From the NCBI RefSeq assembly GCF_036321535.1, contig NC_087436.1:36458001-36522000 (forward strand): a stretch of DNA of 64,000 nt, read 5' to 3'. Position 1 is the first letter of the stretch. Every line of letters starts with the position of its first letter. The notes beneath the pieces are model-generated. The model did no database searches. It saw only the letters and a list, made by a program, of their open reading frames with translations, and was not told where the DNA came from. A program made the translations under genes and the position numbers. This DNA is from Camelus dromedarius. Taxonomy: Eukaryota. This document shows positions 1 through 13,189 of this stretch, one piece after another.

Positions 1-1949
1 CCAGGACCCAAGTTTGGGGCTGTCTACTACTTCCCAGGGTAAGGTTATGGCTCAGTTGTGATCCTTATCCTTTTTAATGACTATTTTAAATGAATTTTTA
101 AATAAAGGCTATTTACCTTTCAATGTCAGTCACACAATTAATTTGAGCACCAAGAATGTAACTGAGGAGACCTCAGCAGGGCCTGGTAGAGCATGGTGGC
201 TACAGCAGGAGCTGGGTGATGGGAGGACCACCATTGTTAAATCAGTGAGAAGGAGCTAGGGCCAGGGCAGCCCTCCAGAAGTTCTGTCCTACGCGGCCCC
301 ACAGCCTTTGATTCCTAAATGGCCCACAGCCGTGGATGTGATGCATCCACCAGGACAAGTCTACCTGGGACTTAACCTCTATCTCAAGATCTTGGTGAAT
401 TCTCTCTTTAAAAGTCATGTTCTGGTGAGTCTAATTTCTCAACCAAAATTCCATGTTAGACTTCATCCATGGATGTGAAGCTACAGTGATCCTAAGGAGA
501 TAACCATGAAAGGATGTTGACTGGGAGGCAGGGAAAGAAGTATGTCCCTTCCAAGAAGAAAAAAAGTAACTAGAGATCTTGACTAGGGGAAAGACAGGGT
601 TTTACTTAGTGACCTCATCTGTTCTCTTTCAGAAGTGGCAATGAAGAAAAACAGTTTCTTCCTCATTTTAGAACACAAAGAACTTTTAAAAAAATTGAAA
701 ATCCCCACCTCAGGGAAGTTAAAACTTACAGTGAAATAAAGATCAGATATTTGACTCCTGGTATAGGTTTTTCAATTCTGGAGTGGTTTTTGATTCTAAG
801 TATAGAGATTCAAGATGAAGAAAAAAAAAATCTACACAAGCCCAGGGAAAACAGGGTGAGACTGAATAATGATTGATGACAGCTAAGAATTTGTAAAGTG
901 CCTAATTGTTCCTAAGCGTTTTTATTTATTTAATCATATTTTCTGTATTTTTTAACAACACGACATTGTTATACAGATAAATGTTTTTGCTTTGCAGTGT
1001 GTGTTCACATTTTAAAAAATGTAAGTGAGAGAGGATATTTTTTTCCATGAATTACATCTACAGGAAGTCTAACTGCATTCAAATTCAGCCACTGTGTTAT
1101 TAAGATTCTGCCCTTTGGAGCCCTGTGACCACACTCACCCACTTCCTCTCCTACTGATGTAAAGGGACTCACCCTCAGGGCAGAGTGGAGGAGATCACTA
1201 GGTAGGGCTTAGATGAATGTGTCAGGGAGAGGTACCAGGCTTTCTCAGATCCTCTGGCTCTTCTAGCTGCACATGCCTTCTCCCCGCCACCCAGCCCCTG
1301 GTTCATCCTCATAGTGATGTTCCTCTGGGCATTCTTCATCCATTCCTTTCTCTCCTCCACCTGTGCTTTTGCCAAATCCCATTAGGTTAAAGTCCCCATC
1401 CACCCTTTCTGCCCTCACTTTCAATCTCAGAATACAAAGTCACAAACCTGGGCTGAATGAATCCATAATAAAACCATGCAGCATGACCTGCTCGGCCATC
1501 ACCGCTACTTGACGAGGTTCTCTCTTTAACAGATGCACCAATAAAGGTTTAGAGTAAACCTTTCCACCAAGCCCCAGCATCACTGCTGCCACGCTCACCC
1601 TCAATAAACAGCTTCCCATCCTATGTAATATGGACCTAGGCCGCTCAATATAAACCTCCTATACTTTTTTCCTTTTCAAATTATATTTTCTTAGTATTTC
1701 ACACCCCTGCCCCACCAAGCTCTTTCTTCCTTCCTTTATGTCTCTTTCCCAGCCAGTCTACCAAGTTGACCCCACCACATTTCACTCCAGGAGCATCATT
1801 CTCTCAAAAACTCTATTTCTCTTGACCCTTTAATAATTCCCTCTCTGTCTCTCATGGACATATGTTCTTCTTTCAATAACATGCTCTAGCACCTTCTAGT
1901 CTTAAAAAAAAAAAAAAAACCCAAGAATCTTTCTAATGACACCACTTTT

Positions 1950-2121
1950 TTTTACCTTGTGTTAAAGTTATTTATACATATGTTTTATCTCCTTTACCAG
2001 AATAAAGACTCCCTAATACCAGAAAATAATTTAAACATCTTTTTAATTCCTCCACATTCTAAGGTTAAGCCTTACATACAACATATGCTCAATGAATGTG
2101 TATTGACTGAATGAATAAATA
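1950..2121 (+). mobile_element. L2 LINE 3' end remnant
   Basis: Ends ...atatgctcaatgaatgtgtattgactgaatgaataaat, the typical L2 tail. Degenerate. Confidence 0.6.
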
Positions 2122-3283
2122 TTTCCAATCTAATTAAGCCATTCTTGGGCTTCTTCCTGGTGTCTGAAAGAAACCATGGGAGTACTCTGAGCTTGCTTCA
2201 ATAAGACTCACTTAGGGTTTAGAATGCCTGAAGCCTGCCCTGGTCTCAATATGTGGGGTATCTTCCCAGTTAGCTACCTTTTCCATGTAATATAACACCA
2301 TGGCCCTCTGTCAATGGTTCTACATTTTATTTAAAGATACTGGAAATGTCACAGTTAGAAATTAATTCCTTTGACTTATACCTTCAATCCTTCTTTAAAA
2401 TTGCAACTGTCTCTGGGAGAGGTATTACATTTAGATTGGAGTAAATTAATTTTTCTGGTATTTTCCCTTGGACTGAATGTGATAGGGAGAACAGAAATAC
2501 TGCCTTGTGGCCATCAGAAATAAGGGCAAAAACAGATGTTTTTGGGGGGTCCCAGAATATACACTTAACAGGACAGTCTGTTGTGCAGGCCCAAATCACA
2601 TCAGGGCTTCAGTGAATCTACAGTGTTTCCCCAATAGTTTGCTGTGTTGTCCCCTCTACTATGCGGTCTGAAATCCCCAAGAATATGTCTTCTCCAAGGC
2701 CTACATAAGAAGAGCAAAGTCATTATTGCCTCCAGAAGGCCACTATTAAAATGTAGTTGGAAGCAGGCTGGAATCTTGCTTTAATCCTGTTTCTGCCATT
2801 AATAAACTGAGGGGCAACTTTGGTCCTCATCTACCAGTGGATTGGACTCCACTTCTCTGATCCTGCCAGTACTGGTGGTGTTTCCCAAAGTAGGCTTATG
2901 GCAGTATATGATTTGTGGTCTGTCTTCTTCTTTCTAAAGCTCCCTAATTTCAAATGTCCTATCATGCACATGCTTTTATTTCACCAGAGAAAAAAAAGTT
3001 AAGTGTCTAACGCAAAACAAGAGCTCATTCATTAAAAGCTTTAGGGGAGAAAAACATGGAGATATCTCTGGTGCTAGAATATTTTTTCCTAAAATGAATT
3101 TTGGTGAAAAATATTCTCAACAGTATACAATGCTGTAATTGGACCTAGTCTCTACCACTTCTTAATCAATAGAGATTAAGAAAGGTTAAAAAATTATATA
3201 GGAACGGGAAGGCCAGAAAGAAGATCTACTAATATAGAATAAATATGCCTCTCACTGTATTGAGATATTAAATCCTGACCTTC

Positions 3284-3284
<1 letters not shown>

Positions 3285-3320
<36 letters not shown>
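3285..3320. repeat. (AC)18 microsatellite
   Basis: Perfect dinucleotide run of 36 nt. Confidence 0.97.
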
Positions 3321-3322
<2 letters not shown>

Positions 3323-6300
3323 AGTCACGCAGAGGGCGTTTTATGATTTTCTTAACAGGCATATATTAGGCTTAAGCATAAATTTCCAAATTACTATGTC
3401 CCTTTGCTTGATTGCAGGATTTCAACTCTTCCTCAAAGTCTCAGTTAACTGTGAGCACCAGTATGAAGGGTGTACTTCACATGTGTCTGTCTTGGATCTG
3501 GCTCACTTTTCCACAGTGGTGCAGTCCAGAGAGCCACTGGAGGGAGCATCACTGTAGCCCCTTATGAAAACATCAAGGCGATGCCAAGGGTATTTCTCTA
3601 GTGCCCCATCATCTGACAATCCTCAAGGCACCACAGCCATGCTGCGCTCCGGGAGGGGAGAAGTCCTAACTTGGTATAACTTGGTCACTCAGTCTATACA
3701 ATACACAGCTCTTTGCCTGCTGGCTTTCTCCTCTTCTTCAGTCCAAAGGGTAGCAGAAGGCAAGCAAACATCCTTTCCATTATCTAGGCTCAAACCCAGT
3801 TCTAGGAGCCAGGGATAGATGCTATCCATTTTCCCCAATTTCTTTATTCTACTGCGGCTCACATCTTGAAAAACTTCGCCCTCCTTCCCCAGTCCAAATC
3901 CTCCTGATTTTCTGTGGATGCAAAAACTAGTGCTGGGAGTGTAGAGGGGTGGGATAAAAGGAGGAAGTTCTCTACAGCAGCAATGCACAAGCCCTGGGTC
4001 AATCAGTCAAATATGCTGTAACATTTCAAGCACCAAAAGACACTAGCCTGTCCTTCAGTCAGTAAAACTGTGTCATGGGCCATTGGAGGACTCCAGTTCT
4101 AAAACCAAGAATTCTGTACTATTTGCCAACCATCAAGACTCAGCTGCCACTGAAATCCTTATACATGCTGGGGAAATCTAATCGATTATTTCCATTTGTA
4201 TGAATAAGATTGGGTTTTTGCAAGTCTATACAACATCACCCCAGAGACTTCTGCCTACCCAGCTCTTTAGCCCTCAACCTGCCAAGCCTCTTATTTAGAT
4301 CAGGTAGTGGCACTCCAAGTTAATGCCAGCTGACCCCCCAAGCCCTACCCCAAACTGATCTTCAGACTAAAGGCAGACTTTAGAAGACACCATCAACAAG
4401 TCTGCTAGAACAACTTCTGAGTAGCACTGCTAATCTGACTGGGTTTCTGTAGCCATAATCCCCTAACATGTTCAGGGATTCTGAATTTACAAAACAAACA
4501 AATTCCCAAATCTACTTGACTGTTTCCCATCTGGCTTTTAAGGCAGAGAGCATGTTTTTTACTACCATCTCCATCTGCACCTCCTCTGAGAAGTTCTTAA
4601 AGGATAGGGAGAAGAGAAAGAGGGAACGGGGTGAGATACAGATAAGGGAAGTGCAGTGAAGCAAGGGCACACAGTGTAAGTGTGAAAAAAAAAAAGAGAA
4701 AGTGAGGAAAGCCTGTAAGACAAACTATCTTAATTTCAGCGTGGAGAGGAAATACTGCAAAAATTGCTGATTCAAGTACTTTACGACTATTTTAAAACTC
4801 AGTGCCTTGTTCCAAAGACAGAGCTCCAAAGAAGAAGACAGTTTTCCCCTCTTCCCTTGTTGCCACAGCCACTCAGGAAAGCAAACAGGTTTGTATGTTT
4901 TTCCCCAAATCACTCAACAACTAGGCTTAAATTCTTCCATTCTATAGGCCTCTTTATATACAGCCCTGAATCTAGGAATTGAAACTGAAAATACTCATTA
5001 GCAATCAAGACTCCTTTCCAGTTAGTTAGTGGTTCTTTCTGGGGGAGGAATTTCTCTTCGCGTGTTCCTCACCTCTTTTGAAGGCAATCAGGTGCACTGA
5101 TGCAGGAGAGGGCTTTGATACTGTTTATACCTGGCTGTGGTCCAAGAAGAGGTTTACCGGGCATTATTTTATGAGAGAAAGTTGCTAAGTTGTAGTAAAC
5201 ACCCACAGATCTCCGAGACTAAGAATGAATCAGAAAGTTATAAATAGTTATAAAACCTGATCATTTCCTTTTCTGTGTCGTCTACACAAGGGTGACTAGG
5301 TTAATATATTTCAGAGTTAAAAACAGGACAGGATATAGAGCCCTTGAGAACTCCCTCATGGAGAGAAGTCAGCGTTAACCTCCAGACCTCAGTTTTATCA
5401 ACCTTGATATGGGTCATCATGATGTGGATTAGCAAGTGACAGGAGAGTGTTTTCTAGCTATGAGATGGTGTACAATTGTAAAGTCAGGAAACACTTGAGA
5501 GTTACTGCGAGAATCAGATGCTTAATTAGATTCCTCTCCACTTTGTGACTGATTGACTTTTCTGATTAAGGTACTGGGGACAGCACTTGCCTTTTCCGAA
5601 GTGTGTTAGTACCCCTGTAGTGGGAAACCTACAATTATGTAAATTAATGAGAATTTTAAAAATTATATGCCTGGTTGAAAGCATGGTGTGGTATTACTGT
5701 TTTGCTAAGACTTGAGATCTTTAGGGTACCGCTTCCTCCCAAGGTTAGTGCATGGAGTGACCAGCACGACCACAGGCACAAAGGAACTGACTCCATGTAT
5801 GTCAGTGCAGTAGGCAAATGTTTCTGAGAGGTGGCCTCATCAATTAACCGTATCAATTCTGTCTGTGTCAATTCAGGAGTAAAGGTAAGCCTCCTGTTTC
5901 TTTCCCAGAATGAGGAGACTTCATCAAGAACTTTATTTGCTTTCTGGAAACTGACAGCCATGATAAACGCTAATTTCTTTCTGGAAGCCGCACACAGCGT
6001 TAGAAATACAAAAGACTGCTCTTAGTCCACAGAAGAGCGATTTATCCTGAGGGTCATGATCTACTGCATTAGTCTGTGACACACTGGCAAAACTGGTATG
6101 AGATTTCTTCCTATGATTGAATCAAATATGTTTGTGAACTCTAATTTAACAACATCTCCCTTGACCATATGGGCCTCTGACATAATTCTATATAAAATAT
6201 CACTCTGGTTCAATGAAGTCTTATTCTTTTTCTTTATTGATTTAGCCTCGAGATGGCAGTCGTTCAGTTATGAGGTAAAAACAAGGTGTCTCTCTCTGAC

Positions 6301-6699
6301 TTTGCCTTTAGCTTATTTCTCCATCGCTCCCTTGACTGTGGCTTGCCTGCATATTGCCTGGGTATTTTTCCTTTTTTTTCAGGGTTTTTATGGCACAGAA
6401 TATATCCATCATGTTAAAATCCAGTCTGCTTTGTTCACTTTATTCATCAGAATATTAAGGATCTAAAGCTTAAGGGTTTAATCAGGCAATATTTCATTTT
6501 TCTATGTTATAACAAGTCTCCATTAATTTATCAGATAAAATCCATTATATGATTCTTCCCTCTACCATAATCTAGACAGGAAACCACAAATTACCTCATC
6601 ATGCACAATAATTCTGAGCTCTGACTCACTCAGAAGGTGTGATTAGAATCACAGAATGTAAATCTTGAAGGGAATAGAGAGGTCATCTCACCAACTTAT

Positions 6700-6880
6700 C
6701 ATGGGAATCACCTAGGTTGTTTTTTGTTGGTTTTTTTTTTTTTTTTGAAATACAGGATTCCTTCCCTCTTCTCCCCACCCCCAGAGATGCTGATTTTCTA
6801 GGTCTGACTTGGAGTTCAAGTATGTGTATTTTTAGAAGTTTCCCTAGGTGATTCAGAGGATTAGCTGTCTGATCCAGTGA
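6700..6880. mobile_element. MER5-like hAT-Charlie DNA transposon remnant
   Basis: gaatcacctagg...ccagagatgctgattttctaggtctg...atgtgtatttttagaagtttccctaggtgattc; the internal inverted motif GAATCACCTAGG/CCTAGGTGATTC is typical of MER5. Confidence 0.65.
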
Positions 6881-7205
6881 TGCGGTTCCCTCTCCCTTCA
6901 AGTAGAGGAATATCTATTTCAACATTCTTGATTTGTGAACATCCGGCTTTTGTAGGGACACTGTAAGAAATGAGGCCTTCCCTGTAGAGTCATGCTTATC
7001 ACTTCACTGACTGTGTGGTAACGTCATCATTCAGTCTTTCTGCAAGTATGTGTAATGCTTAAGCTGAGTACTAGTACTATTAATAGAAACTTTTTGGAAG
7101 GACCTGCGGGGGGCAGGCACAGTACAAAACACTTTACAAATAATATATTTAATCTCCACAACAGTCCTGCCGCAAAGTAGGTTTGTCTTCAATTTAAAAA
7201 GATGA

Positions 7206-7623
7206 TGTATAATCTTTTGTATGCGCTGTTGGAGTCTATTTGCTAATATTTTGGTGAGGATTTTGGCATCTATGTTCATTAGTGATATTGGCCTATAATT
7301 CTCTTTTTTGGTACTGTCTTTGTCTGGTTTTGCTATTAGGGTGATGGTGGTTTCATAGAATGAGTTTAGGAGTATTCCCTCCTTTTCAATCTTCTGGAAG
7401 AGTTTGAGAAGGACTCGTATGAGTTCTTCTTTGTATGTTTGGTAGAATTCCCCAGTGAAGCCGTCCGGTCCTGGACTTTTATTTGTAGGGAGGTTTTTTT
7501 TTTATTGCTAATTCGAGTTCATTTCCAGGGATTGGTTTGTTCAAGTGGTCAGTTTCTTCTTGGTTCAGTCTTGGTGGACTGTATGTTTCCATAAATTTGT
7601 CCATCTCCTCTAGGTTATCCATT
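7206..7623 (-). mobile_element. L1 ORF2 fragment, inverted 5' part of a twin-primed L1 insertion
   Basis: The minus strand encodes L1 ORF2 RT N-terminal region motifs ([14 protein letters not shown] ... [33 protein letters not shown]). Confidence 0.92.
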
Positions 7624-7628
7624 GTGGT

Positions 7629-9763
7629 TCCTATTCAACATAGTCTTGGAAGTCTTAGCCACAGCAATTAGGCAAGAGAGAGAAATAAAAAGGATCCAAA
7701 TTGGAAAAGAAGAGGTAAAAGTGTCACTATATGCCGATGACATGTTACTATATACAGAAAACCCTAAAAGGTCCACACAAAAACTACTAGAGCTGATCAA
7801 AGAATTCAGCAAGGTAGCAGGTTACAAGATTAACATTCAAAAATCAGTTGCATTTCTTTACACAAATGAGGAGTCAACAGAAAAAGAAAGTAAAGAAACA
7901 ATCCTCTTTAAAATGGCACCAAAGTAATAAAATACCTAGGAATACATCTAACTAAGGAGGTGAAAGAATTATACGCAGAAAACCATAAACCATTGATGAA
8001 GGAAATTAAAGAAGACTTAAAAAAATGGAAAGATATCCCATGCTCTTGGATTGGAAGAATCAATATTGTTAAAATGGTCACACTGCCCAAGGCAATCTAC
8101 AGATTTAATGCAATCCCTAACAAATTACCCAGGAAATATTTCACAGAACTAGAACAAATCATAACAAAATTTATATGGAACCATCAAAGACCTAGAATTG
8201 CCAAAGCATTACTGAAGAGAAAGAAAGAGGCCAGAGGAATAACTCTCCCAGACTTCAGACAATACTATAGAGCTACAGTCATCAAGACAGCATGGTACTG
8301 GTACAAAAACAGATATATGGACCAATGGAACAGAACAGAGAGCCCAGAAATGAACCCACAAACTATTGGTCAACTCATCTTTGACAAAGGAGGCAAGAAT
8401 ATACAATGGAATAAAGAGTCTCTTCAGCAAATGGTGTTGGAAACACTGGACAGCAGCATGTAAATCAATGAAGTTAGAACACTCCCTTACACCATACTCA
8501 AAAATAAACTCAAAATGGATCAAAGACTTAAACATAAGACAAGATACAATAAGCCTCCTAGAAGAAAATATAGGCAAAACATTATCTGACATACATCTCA
8601 AAAATATTCTCCTAGAACAGTCTACCCAAGCAATAGAAATAAAAGCAAGAATAAACAAATGGGATCTAATGAAACTTATAAGCTTCTGCACAGCAAAGGA
8701 AACCCATAAGTAAAACAAAAAGACAACCTATGGAATGGGAGAAAATTTTTGCAAATGAAACCGACAAAGGCTTGATCTCCAGAATATATGACTTAATAAG
8801 AAAAAAACAAACAACCCAATCCAAAAATGGGCAGAAGACCTAAATAAGCAATTCTCCAAGGAAGACATACAAATGACCAATAGACACATGAAAAAGTGTT
8901 CAATATCACTAATTATCAGAGAAATGCAAATCAAAACTACGATGAGGTATCACCTCACACCAGTCAGAATGGCCATCATTAAAAAATCCACAAGTACAAA
9001 TGCTGGAGAGGCTGTGGAGAAAAGGCAACCCTCCTTCACTGCTGGTGGGAATGCAGTTTGGTGCAGCCACTGTGAAAAACAGTATGGAGATTCCTCAAAA
9101 GACTAGGAGTAGACTTACTGGATGACCCAGGAATCCTGCTCCTGGGCATATATCCAGAAGGAACCCTACTTCAGGATGACACCTGCACACCAATGTTCAT
9201 AGCAGAATTATTTACAATAGCCAAGACATGGAAACAGCCTAAATGTCCATCAACAGATGACTGGATAAAGAAGAGGTGGTATATTTATACAATGGAATAC
9301 TATTCAGTCATAAAAACAGACAACATAATGCCATTTGCAGCAACATGGATGTTCCTAGAGAATGCCATTCTAAGTGAAGTAAGCCAGAAAGAGAAAGAAA
9401 AAAACCGTATGAGATCGCTCATATGTGGAATCTAAAAAAAACAAAACAAACAAAACATAAATACAAAACAGAAATAGACTCATAGACATAGAATACAAAC
9501 TTGTGGTTGCCAAGGGGGCAGGGGGTGGGAAGGGATAGACTGGGATCTCAAAATGTAGAATAGATAAACAAGATTATACTGTGTAGCACAGGGAAATATA
9601 TACAAGATCTTATGGTAGCTCACAGAGAAAAAAATGTGACAATGAATATATATATGTTCATGTATAACTGAAAAATTGTGCTCTACACTGGAATTTGACA
9701 CAACATAGAAAAAAGATTATAAACAATAAAAAATGTTAAAAAAAAAGAAATTGGACACATAAA
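7629..9763 (+). mobile_element. L1 LINE, 5'-truncated: ORF2 RT C-terminal part, 3' UTR and A-tail (relatively young)
   Basis: ORFs 7622-7927 ([10 protein letters not shown]...LYADDM), 7960-8463, 8366-8713, 8873-9106 and 9193-9435 are consecutive ORF2 pieces broken by a few frameshifts. AATAAA and A-tail at 9725-9746. TSD AAAAAGATGA at 7196-7205 and 9764-9773. Confidence 0.96.
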
Positions 9764-11159
9764 AAAAAGATGAAATTTAGAGGAGCTATAATTTAAACCC
9801 ACATCTACTAGATCAATAGTTTTTTTTTTTCAGTGATTCATTGGTACCATCCAGTTACAAAACAATTACATAGATAAGTAGATACACTTTGCTTTTTTTA
9901 ATTAAGAGAAGCTAATTTTCTTAGTCTTAGGAAGGTGCTTATAGGATAAATTCTTACCTGTTGGGGATGGTTTAAACATCATATGCTACTAGAAGACAGA
10001 GAGTAGGAAAACTCATCATCCGAAGTCCCTATCAGCCCTTCAACTCTATAAGATTATTATAATTAGCCATGAGAGATCCTCTACTAAAAAACTTTCTATT
10101 TCCTGTCAAATTAAGTTATGTTTCCAGTGTATTCATGGATTGAACAGGCTCTAACTGATCATAATGGTTCACTTTTCCCATGAGTTCAATAAGTTATGTT
10201 TTTAGCATTTTTCTGAAGCCAGAAAAAAAAGTCATAAAAAATCCCAATAAACCCCAAGGTACTATTTTCAAAAGGGAGTTTTTTGGCCACAAGTGGTAAA
10301 CTACTTTCCAAGTGATTATCTGGAGTAAAACTTAGCTCAAGTTAAATTTAAGATATTCTCTATTTTTTCCTTCCATGCAGACTAAGAACATTTAAAAATG
10401 TCTAGATAAACTAGAAATACTTAACTGAGAATAACTGCTTTTCAACTTAAATCTTTGAACATAAATCTAATAAAGAAAGTCATGTGTATAAAATCTAGAG
10501 TCAGAGTAAAATCTAAAATAATGGAAAATTCAGTATATACTCCAAAGTTTTCATTTCTTGAGTGTTCTTTAATATAAAAATGATTCATTAATTCAGTAAG
10601 TATTTCTTTAGGGCCTGTGATGTGCCAGAAACCGTTAGCCACTGCATAAATGGAAATGAATGAGAAGTTTAAAAGTATATTTCTTTCATATTATTGGATT
10701 AAGTTGGATCATATTCTACCAATTTGCCATATTTTTAACCTAAAAATACAGCAGCTTCACATGGCTCAACTATGTTGTATTGCACTGATTTGTCATCAGA
10801 AGGATAAGCAGGCATTCCTATGAGGAGAACTGGAGTCGGAGATGATAAGACTTCATCATGCCTGTACTACTGAGATCGTACTGAACCCAGCAGCCTAGGA
10901 GAAGCAGTGGAGGTTGCTACAGTGTTCTGGCAAAGGGATGGGGGTGGAAAACACTATCAATCTGTGCCATTTTAAAAAATAATGTAATTTTGGTGGTAGT
11001 TTACGGGATGAATGCAAGGAAAGAGAAGTTGAGTATCATGAGATTAGTTGTAAGTTTGTTTCATTAGTTTACGTGAGAACTAGTAAAGACCTAGAATTTT
11101 AGGAATTAAATCTACTCTATAAATATTATAGATAACATTTATGAAAATAACAAGATGGC

Positions 11160-11581
11160 TGTGATGATTAAGTTTGTCTCAACTTGACTAAGTCACAGAG
11201 TGCCCAGATATTTGTTCAAATATTATTTTGGATGTGTCCGTGGGGATATTTCTGGATGAGATTAACATTTGATCATTAGACTGAGTAAAAGTATATGTCC
11301 TTTCTAATGTATGTGGCCTCATCCAATCAACTGAAGACCTAACTAGAATAAAAAGGCTGAGTAAGAGGGAACTCCACCTGTTTGGCAGTTTGAACTGAGA
11401 TGGTCTTTTTTGGCCTTTAGACTGGAGCTTACACATTTCTTTCTTTCTTGGGTCTCTTGCTTGCCAACTGTAGATCTAGGTACTTGTCAGCCTTCATAAT
11501 TGTGTGAGCCAATTCTTTCTTATCTGTCTATATGTCTATCTCTTACTGGTTCTGATTCTCTGGAGAACACTGACTAATTCA
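11160..11581 (+). mobile_element. MLT2-type 5' LTR of an ERV-L provirus
   Basis: Starts tgtgatgattaa...tcaacttgact; contains atttctggatgagattaacattt; ends ctctggagaacactgactaattca; directly followed by the ERVL internal start gattttggta. Confidence 0.85.
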
Positions 11582-13189
11582 GATTTTGGTAATGATAGTG
11601 GTTCTAGAGGAACAGAATGTTAAGGATGCATTTTCTGAATTGCTTCTGGGTCTCTGGAATTGGTTCCCTATTCTGATTAGATTTAAAGATGTTAATGGCT
11701 GTATTTCCAATAATAAAAGGAGTACTGATATTCCATGGTGTGATCTGAAATAGAGATAGGATAAATATCACAATTGGATACTCCTTATCAACCACTATGA
11801 AGAAGCAAGGGTCTGTGTGACTGGGTACATAATACTTTCAAACATTTTTGGCAAAATAATGAATATAACGAGGTTGGCTTATTGCTCCTATTGTTGCTGG
11901 ACAGAGTTGGGAAAGAAAAGGATGCACTCAGGGATTCAAATTCTCAGCTCAAGGGCTGCATAGATGATCTGAATGTTTCTTTGTGGGCCCACAAGGAGAT
12001 CCTTATCTCTTGTAGCCACAGGGCTGAGATTGCTGAAAATCAAGTACAGAATTTCATCCTATGACTGACTGGCTGAATTACAATGCAAGTTGAACTCTCA
12101 GCCTTCTGATGATGTCTGCTGTTAAAGTGAGGCATTGACTGTGAAGGAGTAGGATCCTAAAAATTGGAACAGAGATGTGTGGAAAGACTGGTGAACTGGG
12201 GACATTACACCCCTAAATTCTGATGTCTTGTCAGTGGAAGAGTCTTCCTCACTGCAGTTGGAGTAGGCTCTGTACCCCTGTCTGAGCAGGTTAACTCTGC
12301 ATTGCCTGAGGAAACTGTAATGGCTTCCCTTGAGGCAGCTACTGTGTAAGACAATGCTGATTCTCCTCAGGACCACTCCCACCACCCAACCTTGCTTTTA
12401 GACCAATAACTAGATTTATGTCCCAGCAAGGAAGAGTGCAAAGTGTGATCCATGAGGAGATACGCTACACTTTGAAATAATTACTGGATTAAAAAAAATG
12501 CATGCAGACAGAAATCCAGGGAATATGTGCAGGAATGGATATTAAAATGTGGGATAATGATAGAAAGAACATAAATTTGACTCAGGCAGAATTTATTTAT
12601 ATAGGCTCACTAAGCAGAGATTCTGTATTTAATGTTGCAGCTTGAGGACTTAGAAAGGGCTCTAATGGTTTGTTTGGTTGGTTGGCTAAAACATGGACCA
12701 AAAAGTGGCCCACAGTGAGCAAGCTGGAAGTACTGAACCTGCCTTGGTTTAATGTGGAAGAAGGGATTCAAAGGCTTAGAGAGACTGGAATGCTAGAGTG
12801 GATTTGTCACACAAGACCTACTCACCACACTGGGAGGGTTCATAAGACCATTTTCCTGATGACTGTGATAAATAAATTTGTGAGGGGAGCTAAGCATCTT
12901 TAAGAGCTCTGTGATTACTCTTTTCTGTAGGCTGGACCTCACAATGGGAACTGGATTCACTGAACTGAGAAACATAAATGCATGGGGAATAACTGGATAC
13001 TGGGGTGGCAGGGACCAAGTAGCAGCATTCAGCAGCCAAAGGCAAGGTGGGTGTGGTTACCCTAATGGAAAGTAGAGTCAAAGAAGCAGTCAGAATAGTC
13101 TCATTGTCATAGATCTATGGGGTTGGCTAATTAATCTTGGTGTTCCCAGAAATGAAATATATAGGAAGCCTACTAAATTCCTACTTGAT

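Noticed and set aside
6098..6466. 122-aa hydrophobic ORF as a membrane protein
   Set aside because: Hydrophobicity reflects T-rich DNA; no family motif, promoter or exon context seen.
7622..9435. Functional reverse transcriptase gene (YADD motif) or novel RT system
   Set aside because: It is a 5'-truncated, inverted, frameshifted L1 ORF2 with no ORF1, endonuclease or promoter.
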